Position numbers and translations under genes: made by a program
Shown here: piece by piece, positions 20,351 to 32,773 of the stretch
Position numbering within the stretch: the first letter of the stretch is position 1
Layout: every line of letters begins with the position of its first letter
Assembly (NCBI GenBank): GCA_047495785.1
Contig: JBLDXI010000073.1
Coordinates: forward strand, 372,001-436,000
Source of the DNA: Lepidodermella squamata
Taxonomy: Eukaryota > Animalia > Gastrotricha
Direction: 5' to 3'
Length of the DNA stretch: 64,000 nucleotides
The notes under the pieces: generated by a model
The model's database searches: none
Told to the model about the DNA's origin: nothing
The model's input: only the letters and a program-made list of their open reading frames with translations

Positions 20351-22066
20351 GTAGCTATTGTAGTAATCGAAATAATAGTCGCTTTAGAAGAACTACTTCG
20401 CGATAAAGGCAGCGTCGAAATTCTTGTATCCATTATGTTTACAATTTTTCTAGAAAAGAAGGAATGGAAAACTATAGTTAGGAGCGTAGGGCCACAGTTG
20501 GTATAGAATCGGCTGGAATAGTATAAGTAAGGCTTCAAAACAATTGAAAAATTAATCATGGAAAATCTGCAATATCTACCAATTTTGCTATGTTCAACCA
20601 GATTTTTCTAATGATCTAATGAGAAAGATCATTTTTCGACTTATTGGCGAAGAACCTTTCGACTGCTTTCTGTAAAGCACCGACAAGAAAACCGGTGCGA
20701 AATGGAGTACAGAGCGTAAATGACTGGGAAAATAAAGCCTCTAGGTTGAAATAAGATTGAGAAATAAGCGCGATAAAAACAAATCAGCTTCGCACGCGAT
20801 TGCTACGTGGCATAAACAATAAATCGTTCAACGGCGCAGCGTTTCTTTTTTGTTCTTGATTTCGACGATCTTTCTTTTTTCACTAATCAGAGCGACAGTT
20901 TAAATTCGGCCGAACATTTGAACGGATTTTTCAATTTGGAGATAAACCATATTTTCTTCAGCTTTTTATCTCCCTGAGCGAGTAATTTTACGACCCTCTT
21001 GGGCGATTTTCTCCGCTTCGGATATGGGTTTCGAGGCCATTTAAATGAACGCATTCTTAAATGATTACTAGGCAGCCAGCGTTACTATTATCCCCTAGAT
21101 AAATTCCTATTACCTTAATACCGACAGTTGCCATTTCAACGAGCCGAAGGTGAAAAATGTTCCTTAACAGTGAGCGAGATACCCACCATTTTGATCAAAC
21201 TTGTTCAAAAAGTTAAAAAAAAATAGAAAGACATTTGAATTTCACTATTACATTAAAGAACAATTATAAATCAGATTATCTTTTAGCGGAACCAAATTTG
21301 ACTGTAGCGAAACAAAATCGGCATTTTGCGGAACCTAATTTCGACGAAATTGAGGCAATGCATGATTTCTATAGTGAAGAATGCGTCTTTTACAGTGGTT
21401 TACAGTGTGGTTCCGCTAACAGGCAATTTTGGTTCCGCTGCAGTTTCCGCTAAAAGTAAGACCCATTATAAATTTGAATAATAATACATTTCTACTCATT
21501 TGGCTGCTGATTCAGTCCCTTATAAGAGTGATTTAATTTCGGAAATTTCAAGCGATCAAAATATGGGGGTTCCAGAATGATCGTGTGGACATGATGTATA
21601 ACGTGGCTTCACAAGGTCGTCAAATTTCACCTTAGATCCAGATGTGTATTGCCTCAAAGGGTCATGGTCGAAAAGGGCCGTTGAATTCTCGGTCGCCTAT
21701 CGACCACTTATAAAAATGCTACCTGGCTAAATTTAGTATGAAAAAATCTTACTCTGAGACCCTAACCCTAACCCCGTGCGTTCAAATGAGCGGAGCCAGA
21801 AGCGGAAGAGGGATGATGTTTCACGGAAGCGCGTAAATGTCGAGGAGAAAAACATTCAAGTCGGTTGTGGATTCAACTATGCGAAATGCGAACCTCCTCA
21901 AGAATGATTCAAACACATTAATGTACCCGGGAAGAAAACACGGCAGTATGTAGGCGTTCCACCATCCTGAAATCAGCTTCGGATTTCAGACTTCTAAAGA
22001 CAGGAATTGATGTGTGTAAAATGTCGAATTCGGTCGAAAAACAACATTAGTGACTTTTGATTCGAA

Positions 22067-24415
22067 ATGGACAAAATTTGTTGCGTGATTCTTCTCCTGC
22101 CACTCGTAATAGGCTTATGTGATAAGCCAACTTTGCAAATTCTGAACCTCATGCCATTCACTGGTCTTCAGCCTAATGAGTACAAAACATGCCGAGCTGT
22201 AACTGAATTGGTTTATCAAATTGCAAATGATCGTAAGGACTTTTTACCTAACTACAAGCTAGAACCTCAATTCTCAGACGATGGCGCTGGGGCTTTAGCA
22301 GCCCGGCGCCTACTCGAATTCGATGACCAGTTTGTAAACGGCTGGATTCCTGGTCAGGATATATACAAAGCCCCTGTGATCTCCGGGTCTTATGTATCCT
22401 GTGAGTTTGTTGCGGCCTTCGCCCACATCCTCGACTACGTCCAAATTGCTGCTTGCACGAGTGAAATGCTCTACAATCGCGCTAAATTCCCGAATCTCTA
22501 TTTGATAAGGCCAATCGCGTCACAATCGTTTCTTGCTAGGCTGAGATTCATGGTCGATGTTGGGAAATGGAAATATTACGCTATTTTCTCGAATTCGAAC
22601 TCGGACTTTCAAACCGCGAGAATCCTTCACACCGCCGGGTCGAAATCTGGCCACGAAATGCTTCTCGATGTGATGACTGATTTTGACGACCAGGCTGCTG
22701 TTGCGCTGAAAAAAGCAGACATTCGCGTGATTGTGCTTGTCTATAGCGCGAATAATATTATTTCAAAATTACTATGCCAATTCTACAATAATGGTATAAC
22801 CGGATTTCGATATGTCTTCATTTTAGCGGGGAGCAGTTTTGCGGATCCAAATTCGTTACCGAAAATCATCAGCCCTGAATGTACGAGGGATATGCTAGCG
22901 ATACAATTCCAATCTTCGGTTTGGGTCTCATCTCAGGGCATTACTGATGAGGTGAATGTTAAATCTACTCTCGGATACAGTTTGATAGAAACAGACTTGT
23001 TACTCGATAACTACACCAACAAAATGAGACACCCTGATTACGGAACTCGTCATTGGTGCCACGATATAGCCCTTCAAACTATCCTGTTGCTTAACGAAAC
23101 CGAAGCGAGATTGAAGCAAGAAGGATTGTCATTACTCAATGTTACCCAAATACCGCGGTATATTGCGAAAATTACGAACGAAACTTCACCTAAGATTGCT
23201 TACATGGGTCTGAGAAAGAGTGGGTTGAGTATGTACAACGAAAGAGCGGAGATAACGGGGAGTAAGTGGCCCGTGTTTCGATGGAACCCGAGAGATGGCC
23301 AAAGAAATGTGGCTATGATTGTTCAAAAATCTACGGGAGGCAGCGACGAACTCGCAACGTATATAACACAACAAATAGCCGGGATAAAGTGGCCAACATC
23401 CGACGGCGAGCCACCAAAAGAACGAGCATTTGTGAAGTTCGAATCGAAACAAGTCCCACTCGCGATGAGGATCATAATTTATATTTTATCTGCGTTCTCG
23501 ATCGTTTCAAAGGCGGCAGCTATAGGAGATGTCTGGAAAACTAAAAACGATTCTCAAATGCCGTTATCTTCGACTGCCATATTCGCAGCTTTGTCACTTG
23601 CGGACATCACTTCTATTCTATTTATGGTTGAAATTGGCCTGGCTGGTGCATGTCCCCTTCATTTAGCGAGATTTTTTCTACTCGCTCTTGGGCTCAGTGC
23701 TTCGAATGGAGCGATGGTTGCTAGGGTCTTTTTCCTGTTCCGGAAAGTTAGCAAATTGGTATTCAATGAAAGATGCAAATCCACGGATTTGCACGATACA
23801 TTTCATTCTAACAGTCCAAATCGAAATTTGCGCCGAAAACCCACAAAATCATGCGCCAAGGTAGCGTTGAAGTCGACTAAAAGCGAAATTTCTTTCATCA
23901 ATAATTTGAGCCGCCTACATTTTCGAAACTTCGACCGGCTAACACTGATGGTTGCCACCTTTGTCTTCGGAGTCATTCTGATCTATATGGTAATTTGGGC
24001 TTCAATCGACATATCTACTTGCGAAACAGTAACCCTTCAAGGTGGTCCAATCTACCTTGAAAAGGAGGATGTTTTGCTGTACGAAAATGCTTTGAAATGC
24101 TCCTCGCATCATCAAAGCATTTGGATGGCTGCTATTCTTGCTGCTAACCTTTTAGCACTGGTTTTCGGCTGTTACTTTGCCAGGTTTCTCTGTCGAACTG
24201 CTAGTTTCATAAAACAGTATCCCCATAGCAAGTTCGTACTAAAGGCGATGCTTAATGCAATCGCAATTTCTATCGCAACTTGCCTCATACTCATCGCAGT
24301 TCCAGAGTCTCCGGTAACTGAGCGAATTGTTTTATCCGTGGCAACTGCCGTAGTATCGATCTCGTCGACAACCATTTTATACTTTCCGCATTGGAAAGCA
24401 AAGCTGCTGTCTTAA
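22067..24415 (+). CDS. GABA-B-like class C GPCR copy 3, intronless
   Basis: 782-aa ORF collinear with copies 1, 2 and 4. Confidence 0.92.
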   Translation: MDKICCVILLLPLVIGLCDKPTLQILNLMPFTGLQPNEYKTCRAVTELVYQIANDRKDFLPNYKLEPQFSDDGAGALAARRLLEFDDQFVNGWIPGQDIYKAPVISGSYVSCEFVAAFAHILDYVQIAACTSEMLYNRAKFPNLYLIRPIASQSFLARLRFMVDVGKWKYYAIFSNSNSDFQTARILHTAGSKSGHEMLLDVMTDFDDQAAVALKKADIRVIVLVYSANNIISKLLCQFYNNGITGFRYVFILAGSSFADPNSLPKIISPECTRDMLAIQFQSSVWVSSQGITDEVNVKSTLGYSLIETDLLLDNYTNKMRHPDYGTRHWCHDIALQTILLLNETEARLKQEGLSLLNVTQIPRYIAKITNETSPKIAYMGLRKSGLSMYNERAEITGSKWPVFRWNPRDGQRNVAMIVQKSTGGSDELATYITQQIAGIKWPTSDGEPPKERAFVKFESKQVPLAMRIIIYILSAFSIVSKAAAIGDVWKTKNDSQMPLSSTAIFAALSLADITSILFMVEIGLAGACPLHLARFFLLALGLSASNGAMVARVFFLFRKVSKLVFNERCKSTDLHDTFHSNSPNRNLRRKPTKSCAKVALKSTKSEISFINNLSRLHFRNFDRLTLMVATFVFGVILIYMVIWASIDISTCETVTLQGGPIYLEKEDVLLYENALKCSSHHQSIWMAAILAANLLALVFGCYFARFLCRTASFIKQYPHSKFVLKAMLNAIAISIATCLILIAVPESPVTERIVLSVATAVVSISSTTILYFPHWKAKLLS

Positions 24416-24770
24416 CTTTATGGAAAGCTTTCGTTATAGTGAACTTGAATAATTGTAAGACTCTAAATACGAGTAAATCGAGGTTTGGCTTGCCCACAAA
24501 ATTTCGACTTTGGCAGCCATACGCTGTTGGGTCATTTTTGCCTGAAAAATTTCAATCGGTAAAGTCACAGGGCAAGTTCGGTCAATTATCTATCGATTGA
24601 ATATGGTGTTCTCGCTCGAAAAAAAATTAAATAAAAAAGTAATATATGTGAATTGTAAATTGTTCAGTAAATTCAGTAAAATTACGTAATGATGAGTCAT
24701 GTCAGCTGGCATCGTGCACACGTGGGCGCATATTTCTATCGTCCTGTAATCGAGAAAATGCTGCGCTATC

Positions 24771-26772
24771 ATGGCGGATGTAAGCTTTGAAAGCCTCCGG
24801 TCTGTTAAAAAGACACAAAGGTTTCCTTCTTTAGTTGCATTTTCTAAAATACAGCATTATGAACAACAGCACAATTTATCAGGCTGCAACAGCTCATTCG
24901 AAGGCAGTCTTACTGCCAGGTGGGGGGTTGCCCTCACTTGCGCATTTATCACTTGCGCATTTATCACTTGCGCATTTTATTTTTACCCTTATTTTATCGC
25001 TTGCGCATTTTATCTAAAAAAATTGAAATATCAAGTGCTTTATTGCCATTTTGTCGTATAATTATACAATATTTATCAAAAAGTTCGACATTTGTGGTAC
25101 AAACGTATTTGTCAACTTTCCATAGTCCTATAACGGACTAGGAGACAGAATTGAAAGCGAAAAATAGAAAAACAGAGTAGACATGTTTTGGGCGCCATTT
25201 CAAGCACGTGCCGTGCACCATGTGGTGCAACTTTATCAGGATTGTCCTCCGTCAATGGCGGGTTTCGTTCAATATTGGAAATCACAGTGGAGTGCGACTA
25301 TCCATGAATGGTGTGTTCATTCTGAAAGGCACCGAACCAACAACGCCAATGAGGGCTGGCATCATAAGTAAGCCAAACTTTGCGCTGAGAAATTGACAGT
25401 TTTGAATGAAAATATAATTCTAGACTTAACCGCCTGTGTGGCAAGAGACATCTGAACATTTGGCGTTTGATTTTGGTTCTTCAAGAAGAGGAGGTCGTAG
25501 CCGCAGCGAGACAACGAAAGCTCGAGTCTGGAGCACGTGTCAATAGATTATAGGACGATGGAAAGTTGACAAAAACGTTTGTACCACAAATGTCGAACTT
25601 TTTGATAAATATTGTATAATTATACGACAAAATGGCAATAGAGCACTTGATATTTCAATTTTTTTGAGGTAAAATGCGCAAGCGATAAAATAAGGGTACA
25701 AATAAAATGCGCAAGTGATAAATGCGCAAGTGATAAATGCGCAAGTGAGGGTAATTCCAGGTGGGGCTTGGATTGCTGCTGTTCAAATGTCATTCAAATG
25801 TTGCATGGTCGCTGTTCAAAATATCATTTGGGCCGTGACTTGGTCCAGCAGCATGCTGATAACACTGCCGACGGGCTACTGGGCAGCCAGTCCAACCTCC
25901 TGTTCGCTCGTCTATCTTATATCCGGTGCGGTTGGGCTTCTCGCCGGCCTCTTCCACCTTTTCATAAGCTACGAGCGACGACTCTGCATCACCTCAACAA
26001 GCATGTATCGAACAAGCTCGGCCAAAGAAAGTTTGAACAAAATCCGCGGCCGTAATATGTTTTCTTCAGATCTTGATAGTAGCCGCGATTTCTGTCGTAA
26101 TTGGCGCCGTTTGTATCGGAATAGGCGCGATCGTCCCGTTACCGCTCATGGCCCACCAACGGCTGGTCATCGAAGGCATCAACAACGATACAGCCATTGA
26201 TTTATGCGTCTTCTTCCCTCGCCGCTTCATCGGCTCTACAGACACTATCACAATCCTGCTCGTTCTTAAAGTTGTAGCTATTCAAACCACAACATGTGGC
26301 TTAGCTTTCAACTATTGGTAACTTGCCCGACATGAACAGGCTTGAATTATGATTCTACGTTCATTAAATTAGGAAAATATTCTCACAAATTCGATCTATC
26401 CGATTGGGCTGGCGATTTAAGCAGAGCGGCGATCACGAGGCGCAATGGTATCAGCGGCAGTTGTTCTTCGCTAAGCAATCTATAGCCACTGTTGTTCTGT
26501 ACAATACGTGCCAAATTCCACTGGTTGTTCACATGGCTCTACAGGTGGGCTACGCCGAGATTGGGCCGAGATTTGCGAACGGCGATTTCAACAAGTACAG
26601 CCATGTGGCTTTCATGTTCGAGATTACAGCCTCGGCTTTCATTCGCATTCTCAAGCCGTCGAACCGCGTCGGTAGATCCTCTAGGCCGAACAGCAGATCA
26701 TTAAAAACTGTGTCAACAATGATCACCGCGGTCAATTCACCTGTTCATTTTTCGAAGAATTTGAAGCACTGA
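24771..26772 (+). pseudogene. Divergent class A (rhodopsin-like) GPCR disrupted by a MULE insertion
   Basis: Frame ..KAVLLPGG (before the element) continues as PGGAWIAAV.. after it. TM3-like CSLVYLISGAVGLLAGLFHLFISYERR; further TM segments in ORFs 26073-26321 and 26404-26772; intron ~26318-26372; probable extra frameshift near 26030-26070. Confidence 0.65.
24926..25756 (+). mobile_element. Internally deleted MULE with ~180-bp TIRs
   Basis: Long near-perfect TIRs with ACTTGCGCATTT sub-repeats; duplicated target CCAGGTGGGG (8-10 bp, ends ambiguous). Internal transposase remnant RTNNANEGWHH / intron / LNRLCGKRHLNIWRLILVLQEEE. Confidence 0.92.
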
Positions 26773-26829
26773 TCGATTTATACCCAAGTTGAAAACATGA
26801 CAATAAGTGAGAATAAAATTCAGTAAATT

Positions 26830-26965
26830 CAGTGCGCGAAGTTTGACCCTCGGAATGGGGAATATTTTCGGGCCGATTTGTATGACGGGAGGGTCCCCTG
26901 TGCTTTGTTTCCCACATTGGCCTTGCGAACTAAGGGGTTCGATACCCCTGGTACTTCGCGCACTG
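26830..26965. mobile_element. Small hAT-like MITE
   Basis: TIR CAGTGCGCGAAGT; degenerate 8-bp flanks AGTAAATT/GGTCAATT. Confidence 0.7.
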
Positions 26966-27059
26966 GGTCAATTACTCGATCATAAACGTGAATCCATCAA
27001 CAAACAGCTTTTAATATGTGAAGCAAGTAAAATCCATATCCACATCCACATCACTTGAA

Positions 27060-28465
27060 TACGTGCAGCTCTTCTCGTCTTCTCCCCATCGTCATTCTCA
27101 TCTGCCAAAGCTGCATCAATACCTGCAGCGGCCGCATACCCAGCCGTTCGGGGTTGAGACCCATATGCCCAGCTGGTTCGTGTTAGTAATGCAGGGTTGG
27201 CGCGCAGCTTCTTTCGGCGTCGTTTCCTCGCGGTGTTTGCCGGCGTATTTAGTATCGAGATTGCAAAACGACTTTGGGGTGGCCACCTATTCCAAGTGCC
27301 TAGAGTTGGAGAGTTGGAGAACCCTTAACCCTGCACGGCTTTCATTGAACCGCTGGTTACCAGCGCAAGAGTAGCCTGTAAAGAAATTAATAAAAATTCT
27401 ATGAAATTCTTCAAAAAATGTATTGTTACCATTAGATCTATAGCGAGAAAAAGCTTTGCCATGATGAAATTTCTGACGTAGGAAACGAATTCCCAGTGTT
27501 ATTAAAGTCGGTTTGGAGAGATCATGGAAAAGAACTCATCCATCTTCAGGCAGCTGAGATCACAATGCATGAGCATCTCCCTGAGGGGTGACTGATTAAA
27601 TAATCAGAATATGACGTCAATGCTGGGCGAATTCGCAAAAAAACATTAAAAAAATGGAGTAGTGATAATCATCATTAATGACTCATAGCAAGCTTTTGCT
27701 TTTATGGCGATTGAAAATTTTTCAACTTTCGGGTGCCATGGTACTATTATTCACTAAGTAATCCTTAAACTCAATTAGGAATGGCCAGAATGAGGATGCT
27801 GCCTCAAACTTTGTGGAAGGTTCAATGTTCTAAAATCAATAATGCTCATTTCGAAGGGATCTGGTAACCATCATGTTGCAGGTTAGGCCTCGTAAGGCCA
27901 AAGTTGCCCTGTTTAATGAACTTGGACGAGACTTGTTTGCCAACTAGGGGTACCATATCCGTCGGCCCCGCCACCTTATTTTACGTTGCTGTTTCTGAGG
28001 CCAATTAAATGTGAAAAGTGAATCACACATTGAAGACTTTTATTATGCTAAACATGCAAAATTATCACCCAAGAGAACATCGCGTGAATTAAATATATCT
28101 CGCTATATAGGTTGTGGCGTGCAGCTCTTCTCATCTCATCTTCTCATATTCTCCTCGTCTAGACCAAATCCCTTCAGGGATACGCCGGCTGGTTCTTTTC
28201 AGTGAGCCAGGCGCGCAGCTTCCTCCAACGCCGTTTGCTCGCGATGTTTGGCGAGTTTGCTGACCCATGGAGTGTTGACATCGCAGAAAGGCGTCGGGGT
28301 GACCGCCTTTTTTGAAGTTGAAAATGAATAGAATGAATTTCGATTCAGAGTGATAATCGTAAAGAACTCATCCATCACCAGGCAGCTGAGACCACAATGC
28401 ACGAGCCTGCGTCATCTCCCAAATGGGTGACTGATCAAATCATCCGATGATGACGTAAATGCTAT
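27060..28465 (-). repeat. Diverged tandem duplication (27060-27625 vs 28118-28465), possibly decayed small genes
   Basis: Shared blocks CGTGCAGCTCTTCTC, GGCGCGCAGCTTC and AAGAACTCATCCATC..AGGCAGCTGAGA.CACAATGCA..GGGTGACTGAT..ATGACGT.AATGCT. Confidence 0.65.
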
Positions 28466-28996
28466 AATATGACGTAAATTGAAAATAAATTGAAGCGGGA
28501 ATCGGGATAGATGATTCATCTGCTAAAAAAGACACATAGGTTTCCTTGTCTCTATTTTCTCTCTATGTTAATGCTTTATTTTGAGGTACTGATTTCCAAT
28601 AGGAATGGTCGGAATCTCGATCTTGTCATTTGGTCCCGAAATTTGCGGCCTAAAATACCCTCTAGCTCGAGAATCGATAATCAAGCTTCGCTCGGTTGGG
28701 CTTGTTTCATCAGAGTTTTGAAGTTAGAGAAACCCGATGGTGGAAGAGGAAGTCTTTTTTCTGCGTGGCTAAAAGTTAGCACAACACTTTCCTGACAAAT
28801 GGATTTGTTGAAGACTGAACATTCATGTTCAGAATGGTTCAAAAACTGACTATGCTAAAAGCTCTCAGACTTCCGCCATGTGTCGCTTCCGAAAAATCAT
28901 TAACCTTGCTTTTAGGTTTTAAGTTTCAAGAGTCACATGTATCCATATATAATGGATAATTCCATTGACAAACACTATTTTAACTAAAAATTCGAA

Positions 28997-31282
28997 ATGG
29001 TCGGACTAAGCTTCGTGATTCTTCTCCTGCCACTCGCAGGCTTCTGTGAAAAGCCCACCTTGCGAATTCTGAACCTGATGTCCTTCACGGGTCTTTTGCC
29101 AAATGAGTACAAAACGTGTCGAGCAGTCACTGAACTCGTTTATCAGCTTGCCAATGAGCGTAAGGACTTGCTACCAAACTACAAATTGGAAATTCAATTC
29201 TCGGACGATGGCGGTGGACCTTTGATATCAAAGCGTCTCCTTGAATTCGATAGCCAATTCGTAAATGGCAGGATTCCAGGTCAACAAATCTACCGAGCCC
29301 CCGTAATATCAGGGTCTCTCGTTGCTTGTGACCAAGTATCGACCCATGTCCACATCCTCGACTACGTCCAAATTGCGGCTTGCGCGAGTGAAATACTCTA
29401 CAACCGAGCTAAATTCCCGAATCTGTACCTAATCAGGCCCATTTCGTCGCAATCTTTTTTCGCTAGACTGAGATTCATAGTAGACATCGGGAAATGGAGG
29501 TATTACGCTATCCTCGCGAATTCCAACGCCGACTTCAATAGCGCAAAAACTCTTCATACAGCTGGGTCGAAATTAGGCCATGAAATGTACTTCGACATAA
29601 TGACGGATTTCGACGACCAAGCTGCTGAAGCCTTGAAAAAAGCTGATATTCGCGTGATTGTTCTCGTTTATACCCAGAATAACATGATTATGAAGTTACT
29701 CTGCCAATTATTCGACTATGGCATAACCGGCTTTCGATATGTCTTTATTCTGCCCGGAAGCACCTTTATTGACCCGAATACTCTGCCAAAAACTATCAGT
29801 CCAGGATGTACGAAGGACACTATAGTTATACAATTTCAATCCTCAGTCTGGGTCTCATCTCAGGTCATTACCGATGAGGTAAATGTTAAATCCACTCTGG
29901 GATACAGCTTGATAGAAACAGATCTGTTACTCGATAACTACACCAACAAAATGAGACACCCTGATTATGGAACTCGCCACTTGTGCCACGATATAGCCCT
30001 TCAAACTATCCTGTTGCTTAACGAAACCGAGGCGAGATTGAAGCAAGAAGGATTGTCCTTACTCAATGTTACCCAGCTGCCACGTTACATCGCTAAAATC
30101 ACGAACGAAACCTCTCCTAAGATTACTTACTTGGGCCTTAGAAAAAGTGGATTGAGCATCTACAACGAAAGGGCAGAGATAACGGGGAACAAGTGGCCTG
30201 TTTTCCGATGGAGCCAAAAAGATGGCCAAAGAACTGTGGCTATGATTGTTCAAAAATCCTCGGGAAGCAGCGGCGATGTTGCCTCGTATTTAACTCAGCA
30301 AGTTGCGGAAATCAGATGGCCTACACCTAGTGGCGAGCCACCGAAAGAACGAGCGTTGGTGAAGTTCGAATCGAAAGAAGTCCCACTCGCTCTGAGGATC
30401 ATAATGTACCTTTTATCGGCGATTTCAATGGTTTCAAAGTTCGTAGCAATTGGTGACATCTTGAAAACTAAAAATGATCTACGAATGCCGGCATCCTCAA
30501 CCTTTATATTCGCAGCATTGTCCCTTGCTGACGTCTCTTCTATTCTATTACTGATAGAAATCGATTTGGCTGGCGCATTTCTATTTCATTTGGCGAGGTT
30601 TTTTCTTCTCGCAATAGGGATCAGTGCTTCGAATGTAGCCATGGTTGTTAGGGTCTTTTTCTTGTTTTCCAAATTAAACAAGTTGACCATTAACAGAAGC
30701 CCGAGTCGTTTTCATTCTGCAAATTCTGCCCCGATTTCTGTCAAGACAACGCAGAACGACATCAAAGATTCAACTCGCAAGATCTTCCGAAAATTCGACC
30801 GGCTGACCCTGATAGCTGGTCTAACTGCCTCTGGTGCCGTTATTGTCTATATGACAATATGGGCGTTGGTGGACACGCCTTCATGTGGTAACTTCACGCT
30901 TCAACATGGACCTATCCACATTGAAAACGAGGATGTTTTACTGTTCGAATATGCTCTGAAATGCTCATCGCAGTATCAAAGTGTTTGGATGGCTGTTATT
31001 CTTGCCGTTAACCTTCTAGCTCTGGTGTTTGGATGTTACTTTGCTAGGTTCCTCTGTCGAACAGCTGGTTTTATAAAACATCATCCCGATAGCAAATTTG
31101 TTCTGATGACGATGGTGAATTTTATCGCGATTTCTATTGCAACTTGTCTTATTGTCATCGCGGTTCCGGAATCTCCCATCACTGAGCGAATTGTTGTTTC
31201 CGTGGCAACTATCGTAGTATCGATCTCGTCGACTGTCATTTTATACTTTCCGCGTTGGAAAACGAAGCCATTATCATCTTGA
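28997..31282 (+). CDS. GABA-B-like class C GPCR copy 4, intronless
   Basis: 761-aa ORF collinear with copies 1-3; shorter ICL2. Confidence 0.92.
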   Translation: MVGLSFVILLLPLAGFCEKPTLRILNLMSFTGLLPNEYKTCRAVTELVYQLANERKDLLPNYKLEIQFSDDGGGPLISKRLLEFDSQFVNGRIPGQQIYRAPVISGSLVACDQVSTHVHILDYVQIAACASEILYNRAKFPNLYLIRPISSQSFFARLRFIVDIGKWRYYAILANSNADFNSAKTLHTAGSKLGHEMYFDIMTDFDDQAAEALKKADIRVIVLVYTQNNMIMKLLCQLFDYGITGFRYVFILPGSTFIDPNTLPKTISPGCTKDTIVIQFQSSVWVSSQVITDEVNVKSTLGYSLIETDLLLDNYTNKMRHPDYGTRHLCHDIALQTILLLNETEARLKQEGLSLLNVTQLPRYIAKITNETSPKITYLGLRKSGLSIYNERAEITGNKWPVFRWSQKDGQRTVAMIVQKSSGSSGDVASYLTQQVAEIRWPTPSGEPPKERALVKFESKEVPLALRIIMYLLSAISMVSKFVAIGDILKTKNDLRMPASSTFIFAALSLADVSSILLLIEIDLAGAFLFHLARFFLLAIGISASNVAMVVRVFFLFSKLNKLTINRSPSRFHSANSAPISVKTTQNDIKDSTRKIFRKFDRLTLIAGLTASGAVIVYMTIWALVDTPSCGNFTLQHGPIHIENEDVLLFEYALKCSSQYQSVWMAVILAVNLLALVFGCYFARFLCRTAGFIKHHPDSKFVLMTMVNFIAISIATCLIVIAVPESPITERIVVSVATIVVSISSTVILYFPRWKTKPLSS

Positions 31283-32236
31283 ATGAATTGCCAGCCTTCG
31301 TTTATCCTGCAATTAATCCGCAATACCATCCGGGTTGATTCAAAGTTTCATACTTATCATCAGTTGTTGTGTTCTATTTTAGAAGTAGTTTCAAAAATTG
31401 TGAAAACGTGAAAGCAGGCGGTTTCATTTCGGAATAATTTTGAAAACAATTGAATGCAAAATGTCAATCTTCCATGACATCATTTTGATTTCTAGCTGCG
31501 ATTTCGGTTTCCTAAAAGGCTCAGCAATGCAATTTTATGCATTCAACTTGGCATTCAGCGATTCCCTAATTAAAGCATGCCTATGATTAAATTTGTCCGA
31601 AGTTTCAAGTTGACATCCCACACGATTTTCTTATAATGAACAGCGAGCAACAGGCGTTTGTTGCCAACGGCTTCTAATTGCCTAGTATTCAAGAATCACA
31701 TTCGCAATTTCTAAAAACCGCACGCCGTGCGAATATAATTAGATTTTCGAACTGCCCCTTAACATCCCTCATGCTCATGTGACGTAGATAGGACGCCGCA
31801 CTCAGAGCACGCCGACAGACAAGAAGACGTGTTCACTTTTTTCCTCATTAATATTCAGAATATTTTGCAGCTTAAAAAAAATGAAATGGCGGGGCTCAAT
31901 TCGAATTTGTTTAATAATTAAAATTTAAAAATTTAAAATTAATTAGTTCAAGTTTCAAAGATCGCAAAAAGTAGTGATTTGGCGCGGTTTCCGAGACGCC
32001 ACAAAGAGAAGATGCATCTTTAAAGATGAACTGAGCTGATAGAATGGCAGCATCTGCTCAAAATTACACACAAACAGCACAAGAAATATTGGGGTGGAAA
32101 ATAATGACATGATTCATCTCATTAAATTTGAAACGATGAACTTTGCCCCTTATTAGTCTGACTTCAGTTTTTCGTGTCCGAAAACCTCTTAGTGCGGCGT
32201 CCTATCTACGTCACATGCTCATGCTAGGTATGATTT

Positions 32237-32352
32237 CAGGGTACGAAGTAAAGGGGGCACGAGGGGTACGTACCCCCCCCAGGCAAGAATACACAGAAAA
32301 TACCCAAAAGCCAAAAGTACCCCCTAGCTCGAAAATCCTACTTCGCACACTG
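32237..32352. mobile_element. Small hAT-like MITE
   Basis: Ends CAGGGTACGAAGTA ... TACTTCGCACACTG; TSD not conserved. Confidence 0.6.
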
Positions 32353-32773
32353 GGTAATTTGACAAAGTTTCCTTCTGATGCGTTTGAGGCTAATAAAAAT
32401 TTGCCCTAAGCCTTGACAAATTCTGCGTGCTAATTGGAGTGAGCAAACATGACGAAAAACCTATCAGCGAATCGTGATGCCGAAAAAACTTGGAATTTTT
32501 ACCATTTTTACCAAATGTCAGAAAGACGTCGCAATCCATCGAAAACATCCGTCTGCGTAGTTTGTCCTGGGCAACCCTAATGAATGCTAATTACTGTTCT
32601 TCACATCACGACTTCCCTACCAGTCCTCCCCTCCTAATATCGAATTTTCTATTTTTCCGAGTAATAATTAGCTCGCTGCGCGAAAATATGACAAATCACG
32701 CATTTCGTCACGGAATCACGCATATAAGACATGGAAAAGTAGTTTGACTTCTAGTTCGGATTTATTTTACATA

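Noticed and set aside
21760-21775. Telomeric (CCCTAA)n tract
   Set aside because: Only about 2.5 units; too short to call an interstitial telomere.
25183-25550. Second MULE supplying the catalytic segment missing from the first
   Set aside because: Different TIR motifs and family, and no promoter or start; the complementarity is most likely coincidence.
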